Assembly (NCBI GenBank): GCA_033763905.1
Contig: JANRJP010000079.1
Coordinates: 1 to 50,215, forward strand
Direction: 5' to 3'
DNA length: 50,215 nt
Origin: Gemmatimonadaceae bacterium
GTDB taxonomy: Bacteria > Gemmatimonadota > Gemmatimonadetes > Gemmatimonadales > Gemmatimonadaceae
A program made the translations under genes and the position numbers. This document shows, piece after piece, positions 9,828 to 19,185 of this stretch. Under the pieces are notes generated by a model. It did not search any database. It saw only the letters and a program-made list of their open reading frames with translations, and was not told the DNA's origin. Numbering within the stretch: the first letter of the stretch is position 1; the number at the start of each line of letters is the position of its first letter.

Positions 9828-9844
9828 ATCCGTCACAGACGGAT
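9828..9844. promoter_or_regulatory. Perfect 7-bp hairpin between the PilW-like gene and the large protein gene
   Basis: ATCCGTC-ACA-GACGGAT; function unknown. Confidence 0.3.
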
Positions 9845-9889
9845 GTCGAATACGTCACGACCGACGCGCCGGTGGCGGCGCGCGACCGC

Positions 9890-10864
9890 TCAGGTGCAGG
9901 GCCGATTGCGGCGCGCGTTGCGCTGGAAGACGAGATTCCGCGCGACGTAGTTCCACTGGAAGGGCCGCGTCACGGCTGCCGACGCGGCAATGCGCGGATC
10001 GGCCGGACGATCGGTGGTCAGCGTGGCGTTCACCATCACGTTCGAGATCGCGCAGTAGTTGCGCGCGGTGTCGGCAGGCACGGCGGCGTCCGCCACCGCC
10101 CCGTTGGCGAACTGGATCTGCGCCTGGAAGTCGAGCACGCCGGTCGTCAGAATCGTCGGGATGAACTGCCCCAGCGAGTTGAACTGGCTGGAGCGCATCA
10201 GCACGGTGGTGTCGGCCGACCGATCGCGGAAGTACGCCGCCAGCCCCAGCCGCTGCGCCGATGCGCCCGCCGACAACTGCACGCCGGTGAGACGCGCCGG
10301 CCAGTGGAAGAGCGAGTCGAGCGTATTGAGGAACGTGATGCGCACCGTGGCGTTCGTGTCGCTCGGCGCGGGATCGAGCACCGCCGTCGCGAGCATCACG
10401 CGGCTCACGTTGCCGGGCGCATTCAGCAGAAAGACTTCGCCCGCCTGAATCTCCACGCGTCCGCCGCGCTTGCCGACTTCGATGCAATCCGCACCACAGG
10501 AGCCCATCCCGATGGCCGGACTCGGGCTCAGGTTGCGCAGGAAGTACTGCGGCGAAATCACCGTGTCGCGCGTCGGCACGCGGATCATCGCCAAGGTGTC
10601 GTTGAACAGATTGACCGTCCCGAAGGTGGGACGGCTGTTCACCAACACGCCGACTTCACCAATGTCGCGCTGCAGGGACGTGCCGAGATAGCGTGCCCGC
10701 CGCGTGGTGTCTTCGCCCGCCTGACCGCGAGACTGCGTGCGCCAGGTGTTGATCGCAAACGTCGAGGCCGCCCCCAGAATCAGGAGGCCGATCGTCATCG
10801 CGGCCAGAAGCTCCACCAAGGTGAAGCCGCGCCGCGCGGCCCATTGGCGAAGTCGGGCTACCAC
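9890..10864 (-). CDS. PilW-like type IV minor pilin
   Basis: Class III signal RRG/FTLVELLAAMTIGLLILGAA; position in cluster. Confidence 0.85.
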   Translation of the reverse strand: MVARLRQWAARRGFTLVELLAAMTIGLLILGAASTFAINTWRTQSRGQAGEDTTRRARYLGTSLQRDIGEVGVLVNSRPTFGTVNLFNDTLAMIRVPTRDTVISPQYFLRNLSPSPAIGMGSCGADCIEVGKRGGRVEIQAGEVFLLNAPGNVSRVMLATAVLDPAPSDTNATVRITFLNTLDSLFHWPARLTGVQLSAGASAQRLGLAAYFRDRSADTTVLMRSSQFNSLGQFIPTILTTGVLDFQAQIQFANGAVADAAVPADTARNYCAISNVMVNATLTTDRPADPRIAASAAVTRPFQWNYVARNLVFQRNARRNRPCT

Positions 10865-11280
10865 GTGGGACGGAAGACCTGGGTTTCGAGCACCACGGGG
10901 CGACCGATCTGCGGCCGCACTTCGACCTGCACGCGAATGAGCGCCGAGTCGAGCTGGCTCACGGTGACAATGCGTCCGAAGCGACCGTCCACGGTCGGCG
11001 CGCCGAGCTCGTTCACGTTCGTCAGCGCTTCGTTCACCAGCGTCGACGGATCACGCCCGCGCAACGACTCCAGATGCGAACGGGCAATCTGCAACGCCGA
11101 GGTGCGAACCCCTTCGGTGTTGAACACGCGCAAGGCCGTGGCGTTGGCGCCGGCGAGTGCCAGCACCCCGACCGACAGCAACACCATCGCGATGATCACG
11201 CTGATGAGCGTGAAGCCCTTCGCGTGGCGTCGCAGCAGCACGCGCAATCGCCGCACGCGACCAGAGGAACGCCGGTTCAT
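10858..11280 (-). CDS. PilV-like type IV minor pilin
   Basis: KG/FTLISVIIAMVLLSVGVLAL...ALQIARSHLESLR; ATG 11280 overlaps upstream TGA. Confidence 0.85.
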   Translation of the reverse strand: MNRRSSGRVRRLRVLLRRHAKGFTLISVIIAMVLLSVGVLALAGANATALRVFNTEGVRTSALQIARSHLESLRGRDPSTLVNEALTNVNELGAPTVDGRFGRIVTVSQLDSALIRVQVEVRPQIGRPVVLETQVFRPTW

Positions 11281-11846
11281 CGCCACACGCCCGCCGACAC
11301 CGCCCAGGCACGGAACGACCCCGCGCCACTCACACTGACCGCCGCCGCCACCGCGCCGCTGCTGGACGTGAGGTACACGGCCCCCTGCTTGCGCGCCGGA
11401 AACGTAAGGCCGCGATCGTCGAAGGTGATCACCGCCGAATCGAGCGACACGTTGCCCGCGCCCGGGAACAGCGGGAGATCGGGCATCCCGCCGCGACCGA
11501 ACACGACACCGCTGCCGAGGTTGCGCCCACCGACCATCCCGGGCGCTGCGCCCGCCGAATCGGTGGCGTTGAACAGCGAGTCGCCGTTGATGTCCGCGGC
11601 CCAGTAGTACCGGGCGTTCGTCGTATCGAACACCACGCGAATGAGCCGCCGCGCGCCGAGTGCACGGGTGCGCACGGCTTCGAGGTCACGCGTCATTTGC
11701 ACGGCAGCCGACTGCACCGCCTGCGTCTGGTTCTGTCGCAGGCGGGGGTAGGCGATCGCGACCATGATGCCAATCACGGCCATCACGGTCATGATCTCGA
11801 AGAACGTGAATCCGGCGCGGCGCATCGACAGGCGGGTGAGAGTCAC
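11277..11846 (-). CDS. FimT/GspH-like minor pilin
   Basis: RAG/FTFFEIMTVMAVIGIMVAIAYP...DLEAVRTRAL...ITFDDRG. Confidence 0.88.
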   Translation of the reverse strand: MTLTRLSMRRAGFTFFEIMTVMAVIGIMVAIAYPRLRQNQTQAVQSAAVQMTRDLEAVRTRALGARRLIRVVFDTTNARYYWAADINGDSLFNATDSAGAAPGMVGGRNLGSGVVFGRGGMPDLPLFPGAGNVSLDSAVITFDDRGLTFPARKQGAVYLTSSSGAVAAAVSVSGAGSFRAWAVSAGVWR

Positions 11847-11849
11847 CCT

Positions 11850-13769
11850 TTAGTATACCGGACGGTAGGCGATCTGGTACACCGACCCCACCTTGGGCGT
11901 CCCGGGCGGGAGGTTCTGCGGCAGTCGGAAGCGGGTATCGAACGACCAGACACGGACCGGCGCCGTATAGTAGCCGCCCCCCCAGTCCCAGTTGGCGTAG
12001 GCGCTATACCAGAGGGACACGAGCGAGCCGCCGAAGTTCACCGTGCGTCCCGAGAAGTTCTCGAGGAATCGCGGGAAGTTCTCGAGCCCGCCGCCGTAGC
12101 GGGTGTTGCTACCCGCGACGAAGAAGTCAGCCCCGGTCACGGTGTAGTTGCCGTTCGCCCGATGCGTCGGCGAGTGGCCGGTGGCAATCGCGGCGCGGAC
12201 GTAGGTGATGGCCGACGCGTTGTCGTTGTTGGACCCGGCGCCGACGTTCTGCGCGTCGAGCCAGTTCGGCGACAGCAGCGTGATGGCGTCGGAGATCAGC
12301 GACGACGGGCGCCACTTGCTCGCGGTGTCGGCGAGCACCGAGCGGTCGAAGTTGTAGTCGCCGTAGACGTACAGCGGGTGGCTGGTGGCCAGCGTGAACG
12401 GCCCGTGCAGAACAGCCGCGCGCTGGATGCGCACGGCAGGCTGCCAGTCCACCGTGCCAACGCGGAACGACGCGCCCTGACCCAGCCCCCCCGCCTGCGT
12501 GCGCGGCTCGGCGGGATTGTTCGCCCCGTTGAACGTGATGTACATGATCTGCACGTTGCGGCGTGCGGTGTCACCCAACACCCAGGCGCGCAACGAATCC
12601 GCGTTGATCGTCAACGCAATGATGTTGCTGCCTTCGCGATCATCGCGGAACGTGGTCACGCCGAAGATCTGGTTGCAACGGGTGATATCAGGCACATCAC
12701 GGCCCGCAGGACGCAGGCTCCACGTCGTATTGTTGATGTTGGCGCAGAGCGAGCCGATGTTCGTCCAGTCCACGGTCAACTGCCAGTCGGCCATCCACGC
12801 GTACTTCACCAACTGCAACGCCTGGTTGTCGGTGCCGTTGCGCGGCCGAATCAGTTCGCGCGGGTCAATGCTGTCGCCCGGCAGCGGCAGGTTGAGCGAG
12901 TCCACGCCGTGGGCAATCGTCTGCACGCGGCCACCCAGGCGCGCCTGCGACGAGTCGCGGAACCGCGCGTACTGGGTCGGCGACGTGCAACACGTCGTGT
13001 TGCCCGATCCCCGATTGTCGAACGTGAGCCGCCCCGTGTCGCCCGGAATCGGCGGCGCGGTCGTGGGGGTCGTGCGGCTCATGATGATGTGGCTGCTCCC
13101 GGTGCGGCTGCAGTCGGTATCGGGACGGTCCTTGCGGTTCTGGATGTACAGATTCGGCGTCGTGAGATACTCGAGGAAGTACATCCGGTTCGCGTCCGGA
13201 CACAGATACAGGTTCCCGTTCGTGTGCACGCGGCCCAGGAACGTGAAGATCTGACCGGGATTGACTTCGAGATCCTTCTCGAAGAACACACCAAACTGGA
13301 AGATCGGAATCAGCTGCGATTCGACGCGCACGATCGCGCGGCTGGAGTTCGACGCCCGGTCGGTCGCGGTGATGTCGAGGTCGTACGACGCGTACTGCGC
13401 GATCAGGCCGGCGAACGGCCCACCGCGAATCGAGTCGTTCGTGGCGGCGCCGACGCGACGGGCGGTCTGGCTGATCGTCACGCCCTCGAGCGTGCCACCC
13501 GAAAACTGCGGCGGTCGCAACGAGTCGAGCCGCGCCTGCGTCGGCACGCCGAAGCGCTGAATGATGAAGAGCAGCTGCGACATCATGTTGTCGGCCGCCG
13601 CGTCCACGGCGTAGTTCACGCGGGTCGCCGACTGGTCGACCGACGAGGTCCGCACCATCGTGGCGGCGCCCGTCGCGGCAGCGGCGCTGAGCACGACCAG
13701 CAGCAACAACACGGCGAGCGTCGCTTCAAGGGCGAAGCCGCGGCGGCGGGGAGAGGTCGGATGTCGCAT
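11850..13769 (-). CDS. Large PilX/GspK-like minor pilin
   Basis: AGGAG before ATG 13769; RRG/FALEATLAVLLLL without Glu5; GRVHTNGNLY; C-terminal GGLENFPRFLENF and YYTAPVRVWSFDTRF...LPPGTP. Confidence 0.8.
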   Translation of the reverse strand: MRHPTSPRRRGFALEATLAVLLLLVVLSAAAATGAATMVRTSSVDQSATRVNYAVDAAADNMMSQLLFIIQRFGVPTQARLDSLRPPQFSGGTLEGVTISQTARRVGAATNDSIRGGPFAGLIAQYASYDLDITATDRASNSSRAIVRVESQLIPIFQFGVFFEKDLEVNPGQIFTFLGRVHTNGNLYLCPDANRMYFLEYLTTPNLYIQNRKDRPDTDCSRTGSSHIIMSRTTPTTAPPIPGDTGRLTFDNRGSGNTTCCTSPTQYARFRDSSQARLGGRVQTIAHGVDSLNLPLPGDSIDPRELIRPRNGTDNQALQLVKYAWMADWQLTVDWTNIGSLCANINNTTWSLRPAGRDVPDITRCNQIFGVTTFRDDREGSNIIALTINADSLRAWVLGDTARRNVQIMYITFNGANNPAEPRTQAGGLGQGASFRVGTVDWQPAVRIQRAAVLHGPFTLATSHPLYVYGDYNFDRSVLADTASKWRPSSLISDAITLLSPNWLDAQNVGAGSNNDNASAITYVRAAIATGHSPTHRANGNYTVTGADFFVAGSNTRYGGGLENFPRFLENFSGRTVNFGGSLVSLWYSAYANWDWGGGYYTAPVRVWSFDTRFRLPQNLPPGTPKVGSVYQIAYRPVY

Positions 13770-14089
13770 CACGCAGAACTCCTGCTTCAATGGAATTACG
13801 GTCGCACACCTGCTTGGGCCCCAGCACGTGACGCTACGGCCTCCACTATGACGATCAGGGTCACGCCGCCATCTCGCAATGTGTGAGGGTCACACCACGG
13901 GCTCGAAACAGACAGGGTGATGGTGATCGCCAGTGGCGTGATGGCCGATTGTGACCGGGCACACAGGTGCCGGGGCACCGCGCCGTACCGCCCGACCCGC
14001 GCTGCGGCCGATCCCTCCATACACTTCGCAAACGCGAAACGAGGCTCCGGCCCCTGTTCCGCCCCACCCGGCGCTACAGGTTGCACATT

Positions 14090-17000
14090 ATGGCTCTCCT
14101 CTCGATTCGCAGTCTGGCACACCGCGTCCGCCGCGGCGTCATCGGTATCCTCTTGGCGGCCGCGCCCAGCGTGCTCTTCGCCTCGGCGAGTCAGGCCCAA
14201 GTCGGCACCACCACCGAAATCATCATCGGCCGCGTCACCGGCCCCGACAGCCAGCCGATCGTCGGCGCCCGTGTAGAGATCACCTCGCTCGCCACCGGCG
14301 CCGTCCGCCGAGCCACGACGCGCAGCGATGGCCGCTTCTCGATGCTGTTCCGCGAAGGCGGTACGCAGTTCCGATTGACGGTCACGGCGATCGGCCGTGC
14401 CCCGGCGTCCATCGTGGTCGCGCGTCGACCCGATGAAGACCGGCTGGTCGCCGAAGTCCGTCTCAATCCCAACGCGGCCACCCTCTCGACCGTGCAGGTC
14501 CGGGGCCGCGCTTCACGCCCCGGTGCACCGCCGGCGTCCGGCGCCGGCGCGTCCGAAGCGGTCGTCGGGCAGGGATTCCTGCAGCGATTCCCGGTCTCGC
14601 CCGGCGACCTCACGAACGTCGTGCAGATTATGCCCGGTGTCGTCGGTGTGGCTGGGGGAGACAGCACGCCGGCGTCGTTCTCGGTGGCCGGTCAACCGGC
14701 CAACCAGAACAACATCACCGTCGACGGGGCGTCGTTTCTCTTCGGCTCGTTGCCGCAGAATGGCGTCCGGGCGGTGCGGCTCGTGACCAACGCCTATGAC
14801 CCCTCGCGGGGTCAATTCACCGGCGGGCAGATCGCCACCACCACGCAGGCGGGCACGGGTCGGCTGCAGGGCAACCTCACGGGCAACTACGTCGCGCCGG
14901 GCTTGCAAACGTCGACCGCGCCCGCGGGCACCTTTCTGCAGCGCGGCAGTTCGCAGTTGCTCAGCGGCGGCGCCGGTGGCCCGCTGGTGCCCGACAAGGC
15001 CTTCTGGTTTGCGTCGCTCGATATCGATCGCCGCGCCGAGCCCTTCGCGTCGTTGCTGGACGCCGATCCCACCGCGCTCGCCAATCTGGGCGTGAGTCAG
15101 GACTCGCTCAATCGATTCCTCGCCTTCGCCAACGCGCGCGGACTCGCCGCCCGAACCGGGCTCCCGTCGGACCGTGACCTGCGCACGATCTCGTCGCTCG
15201 TGCGCGTGGACTGGGACATCGCCACGACGCACGCGCTGACGTTGCGCGGCGACTGGCGTCGCGTGTCCACCGACGCCAGCCGCATCAGCAATCTCGCGTT
15301 GCCGTCCGTCGCCGCGCGCACGCTGGCGCAGGGCGGCGGGGGGATGGCCACGCTCACGTCGTCACTCGGCACGGTGGTCAACGAAGCCCGCGTGTATGTC
15401 TCGGGCGATCAGCAGGATCTCACGGCGTTGCGCGCAGCCCCGCTCGGCGTGGTCAACGTCGGGTCGGCGGCCGGCGACGGACGCAGTGCGCAGGTCCAAT
15501 TGCAGTTCGGCGGCAATCCGAGCCTTCCGCGTCGCGTCGACACGCGCCTGACCGAATTCACCGACGAGCTGTCGTGGCTCGCGGGCACCACCCACCGGAT
15601 CAAGGTCGGCGTGATGCTCAACGACTCCCGGGTGTCAGTGCGTGGCCAAGGCAATCAAGTCGGCACGTTCATCTACAACTCGCTCAGCGACCTCGAAGGG
15701 GGACGGCCCGCGCTCTACGCGCGGACCCTCGGCGGCACCGACCAGCGCGCGGGCGCGGCCACCGTCGCGACCTGGCTCGGCGACTCCTGGCGCACGTCGC
15801 CCTCGTTTCAGCTCGTGTACGGCGCGCGCCTCGAGACCACGCGGCTCCGCGGTGCCCCCGCAGCGAACGCAGCCGCCGCGCAGGCCTTCGGCGCTAGCAC
15901 GGGAGCGTTCCCCAGCGACTGGCGCATCACGCCGCGGGTCGGCTTCACGTGGCTGCTCGGGAATGTCGCTGGCATCCCCGCCTATACGCTCAAGGGTGGC
16001 GCGGGCCTCTTCCGTGGCACTGTGCCCGCAGGCCTTGTTGCGGCGGTCGCGAATGGCAACGGGCTGCCCGGCGCGCAGCTCGGCCTCGTGTGCGCGGGCC
16101 CGCAGGTGCCCGTTCTGGATTGGACCACACTCGGCAACGACCCGAGCGCCGCGCCGGAGCAGTGCGTCGGCGGCGTCGGTACGGCGTTCGGCCAGCGGCC
16201 GAGCGTGCTCTTCTTTGCGCCGTCGTTCGGCGCGCCCGAAGTCTGGCGTGCCTCGTTCGGCGTGACGCGGCAGATCCGCCTGCGTTGGGCCGTGGCAATG
16301 GAAGCGCTGGTCTCGTACGGCACGCGCGGCGTGGGGGCGATCGACCGCAACCTCGGGACGTCGTCGTTCACGCTGGCGGGCGAAGCGGCGCGCCCGGTGT
16401 TCACGCCGCTGGCCACGATTGCGCCCGCCACCGGCGCGAGCAGCGGTAACGACGGGCGACCGGTGTCGGCCTTCGGTCCCGCGCTTGAGATCGGCACGGG
16501 CGGGCAATCACGCTCGGCACAGCTCACCCTCACGTTGGCCGGCCCGTCGTTCCGAGGCGGTGGCACCTCGCTGTCGTACACGACGGCTCGCGTGATGGAT
16601 CGCTCGAACGGCTTCGGGCTTGGCAGCTTCCTACCGAACACCGCAGGGGATCCCAACGCGTTCGCCTGGGGCACCAGCGATCTCGAGCGACGCCATCAGA
16701 TCGTCGGACAACAGATCACGAGCTTTCCCAAGGGGCTCGAGCTCACGCTGATCGTCCGCGCCATTTCGGGGAGCCGATACACCCCGATGGTGAATGGCGA
16801 TGTGAACGGCGATGGCCAGCGCAACGACCGGGCGTTCATTCCAACGGCGACGGGCAGCGACCCGGTGTCGGTGGGCATGCGCGACGTGCTGGCGAACGCC
16901 GACCGCCGCGCCGTGCGATGCCTGCAGGCGCAGACGGGACGCATTGCCGAGCGCAACTCGTGCACGACCCCGTGGACTCCGCAGTTGGATCTGCAGCTCA

Positions 17001-17704
17001 ACTGGAAGCCGCCGGTGCGGTCGTTCGATGACCGCTTCACCCTGTCGCTGATCGCGACGAACTCGATCGCGATGGTCGATCGGCTGCTGCACGGCGATCG
17101 CATTCGCGGCTGGGGCCAGCCGATGCTGGCCGATCGCAACCTGCTCACCGTCACCGGGTTCGATGCGGCCACGCAGCGTTTCCAGTACGACGTCAATCGT
17201 CGCTTCGGCACACCCACCGGCACCCGCAACCCGCTCGCAGTGCCTTTCCAGTTGAGCATTCGGGCACAGTATGCGCTCGGCGTCGATCAGGGCCGAGCCA
17301 ACCTCCGCACGCTGACCGGCGCAGGATCCCGTGACTCGTCGAGTACGAGTGCGATCAAGGCGCGCGTGATCAAGCAGATCCCCTTCTTCGTGGACTCGCT
17401 CTTCCGCGTGGCCGATTCGCTCAAGCTCGAACTGACCGACGCCCAGCGCAGCGCACTCACCGAAGAGGGCACGCGCTACCGGACCGCCGTGGATCCGCCG
17501 CTCGAGGCCATCGCCGCCCTGCTCGGCAGCAATGGTGGACGGCCGGATCTGGGCGCCATCGCACCGAAGTTGCAGGAGCAGAACCTCGTGATCGTGCGCG
17601 TGATTCAGCAGTCGCTGCAGCGCGTCCGCGGCATCGTGACCCCGGAACAGTGGGCCAAGATTCCGGACAAGATCCGCTACCCCTTCGGACAGCAGGGGGG
17701 ATGA
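14090..17704 (+). CDS. Oar-like TonB-dependent outer-membrane receptor with carboxypeptidase-regulatory-like N-domain and C-terminal helical extension
   Basis: Signal peptide from ATG 14090; IIGRVTGPDSQPIVGARVEI; plug NQNNITVDG and AYDPSRGQFTGG; DVNGDGQRNDRAF; barrel strands. Confidence 0.9.
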   Translation: MALLSIRSLAHRVRRGVIGILLAAAPSVLFASASQAQVGTTTEIIIGRVTGPDSQPIVGARVEITSLATGAVRRATTRSDGRFSMLFREGGTQFRLTVTAIGRAPASIVVARRPDEDRLVAEVRLNPNAATLSTVQVRGRASRPGAPPASGAGASEAVVGQGFLQRFPVSPGDLTNVVQIMPGVVGVAGGDSTPASFSVAGQPANQNNITVDGASFLFGSLPQNGVRAVRLVTNAYDPSRGQFTGGQIATTTQAGTGRLQGNLTGNYVAPGLQTSTAPAGTFLQRGSSQLLSGGAGGPLVPDKAFWFASLDIDRRAEPFASLLDADPTALANLGVSQDSLNRFLAFANARGLAARTGLPSDRDLRTISSLVRVDWDIATTHALTLRGDWRRVSTDASRISNLALPSVAARTLAQGGGGMATLTSSLGTVVNEARVYVSGDQQDLTALRAAPLGVVNVGSAAGDGRSAQVQLQFGGNPSLPRRVDTRLTEFTDELSWLAGTTHRIKVGVMLNDSRVSVRGQGNQVGTFIYNSLSDLEGGRPALYARTLGGTDQRAGAATVATWLGDSWRTSPSFQLVYGARLETTRLRGAPAANAAAAQAFGASTGAFPSDWRITPRVGFTWLLGNVAGIPAYTLKGGAGLFRGTVPAGLVAAVANGNGLPGAQLGLVCAGPQVPVLDWTTLGNDPSAAPEQCVGGVGTAFGQRPSVLFFAPSFGAPEVWRASFGVTRQIRLRWAVAMEALVSYGTRGVGAIDRNLGTSSFTLAGEAARPVFTPLATIAPATGASSGNDGRPVSAFGPALEIGTGGQSRSAQLTLTLAGPSFRGGGTSLSYTTARVMDRSNGFGLGSFLPNTAGDPNAFAWGTSDLERRHQIVGQQITSFPKGLELTLIVRAISGSRYTPMVNGDVNGDGQRNDRAFIPTATGSDPVSVGMRDVLANADRRAVRCLQAQTGRIAERNSCTTPWTPQLDLQLNWKPPVRSFDDRFTLSLIATNSIAMVDRLLHGDRIRGWGQPMLADRNLLTVTGFDAATQRFQYDVNRRFGTPTGTRNPLAVPFQLSIRAQYALGVDQGRANLRTLTGAGSRDSSSTSAIKARVIKQIPFFVDSLFRVADSLKLELTDAQRSALTEEGTRYRTAVDPPLEAIAALLGSNGGRPDLGAIAPKLQEQNLVIVRVIQQSLQRVRGIVTPEQWAKIPDKIRYPFGQQGG

Positions 17705-17706
17705 CG

Positions 17707-19185
17707 TTACGCCGTGGGGAGCGACACGACGAAGCGCGCGCCGTGGCCGTCGGGTCGCTCCGTCACCGCGGCGCTTCCACCCGCCGCACGCACGATGTCG
17801 CGGACGATGGCGAGCCCGATACCGGAGCCGCTGATCTCGCGCTCGTGCGTGCCGCGGACGAAGGCCGTCCAGATGCGGTCACGGTCTTCCTGGGGGACGC
17901 CGGGCCCTTCGTCGTCGACGGCCAGGCGAGTGACCCGCCCGTCCCGAGTCGCCGACAGTCGAATCGTCTGACCCGGCGGACCGTACTTGAGGGCGTTATC
18001 GAGCAGATTGATCAGCACCTGCTGCAACGAGTCGGCGTCGCCCTGCACCGCCCAGTCTTCCGGCATGTCGACCGCCACCGTGGTGTTGCGCTCGACGAGC
18101 AGCGGTTGCATTGCCGCGACGGCGCGCCCGACCGTTTCGCCGAGCATCGCGCGGCCACTGGGCGAGGGCGGCTGCGCGCCGGTGCGCGCGTACGTGAGCG
18201 CGCGATCGACCAGCAGGCCGAGTCGACCGGCTTCGCGCTCGATCACGTGCAGCGCACGATCGGCCTCGGCCTCGTCCTGCAGGAAGCCGAGGCGGAGCAT
18301 CTCGGCGTACATCCGGATTTGCGTGAGCGGTGTCCGCAGTTCGTGTGAGACGCTCGACACGAAGGCGGCGCGCAAGCGCACTGCATCACGCTCGGCGGCC
18401 ATCGTCACGGCGCGCCAGCGATAGGCCAAGAGGCCCAACACGAGCAGGGCGAGCGCCGCAAAGACGGCATCGCTGAAGAAGAGTTGCGGGCGAAGCAGGT
18501 CAAGCAGCTCCTGCGCGTCGCGTTGGCGGAGCAGCCATAACGACGTCCCGGGGACCGGAGCGGCTGCCCAGACGACACGCTGGCCGAACAGTCCGGCGGA
18601 GACGCCGTGGACTCGCTGGCCGTTGGCGGCATTGATGGCGTCGCGCACCGCGTCGGGCACAGACGCCCCCGCCGGCACCGATGCGCCACCCTCGGCGGGG
18701 CGCGGACCACCCCCGGGTGCGCTGACCAGGGCGAGCTGGTCTCCCTGCGCACCGCGGACGATCAGCGCGGTGCGCTGCGTGCGGTCGTCCGACGCCGCCA
18801 CGTTGAAGCGTGGGAAGGTGGTCTCGCGCGCGGGAAGGTCGACCGTGATTTCGGATCCATTGGCCCGCGTGGCGCGAAGGCGCAGGACGCGCGTCGAGTC
18901 CGCTCCCTCCGCGGCACGCACGGTGACCTCGCGGACCACGACGGCCTGATCCGAGTCGAATCCGCCGAGCCGCCAGCGAAACCATTCGCTCAGCAGGTCG
19001 GCCGACATCGTCGCGGATTCCGGCAGCGCCTCGGCCACGTTCTCGAGGAAGCGTCGGTTCGAGCTGCGATGCAGGCCGACGATCGCCGTGGTTGCCGCGA
19101 CTGCCAGCGCGCCGAGGACCAGCGCGCGTCGGGTGGTGAGCCAGCGCGATGCCGCGATGGGCGGCAGGGGCGGGTTGGCACTCAC
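17707..19185 (-). CDS. Membrane sensor histidine kinase (HisKA)
   Basis: Two TM segments; SHELRTPLT, NLLDNALKY, DEGPGV, GSGIGLAIV. Confidence 0.93.
   Translation of the reverse strand: MSANPPLPPIAASRWLTTRRALVLGALAVAATTAIVGLHRSSNRRFLENVAEALPESATMSADLLSEWFRWRLGGFDSDQAVVVREVTVRAAEGADSTRVLRLRATRANGSEITVDLPARETTFPRFNVAASDDRTQRTALIVRGAQGDQLALVSAPGGGPRPAEGGASVPAGASVPDAVRDAINAANGQRVHGVSAGLFGQRVVWAAAPVPGTSLWLLRQRDAQELLDLLRPQLFFSDAVFAALALLVLGLLAYRWRAVTMAAERDAVRLRAAFVSSVSHELRTPLTQIRMYAEMLRLGFLQDEAEADRALHVIEREAGRLGLLVDRALTYARTGAQPPSPSGRAMLGETVGRAVAAMQPLLVERNTTVAVDMPEDWAVQGDADSLQQVLINLLDNALKYGPPGQTIRLSATRDGRVTRLAVDDEGPGVPQEDRDRIWTAFVRGTHEREISGSGIGLAIVRDIVRAAGGSAAVTERPDGHGARFVVSLPTA

Noticed and set aside
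11697..13886. Long antisense ORFs (also 20829..22643, 33070..35151, 34791..36500 and others)
   Set aside because: Arg/Ala/Gly-rich shadow frames opposite well-supported genes, expected at high GC
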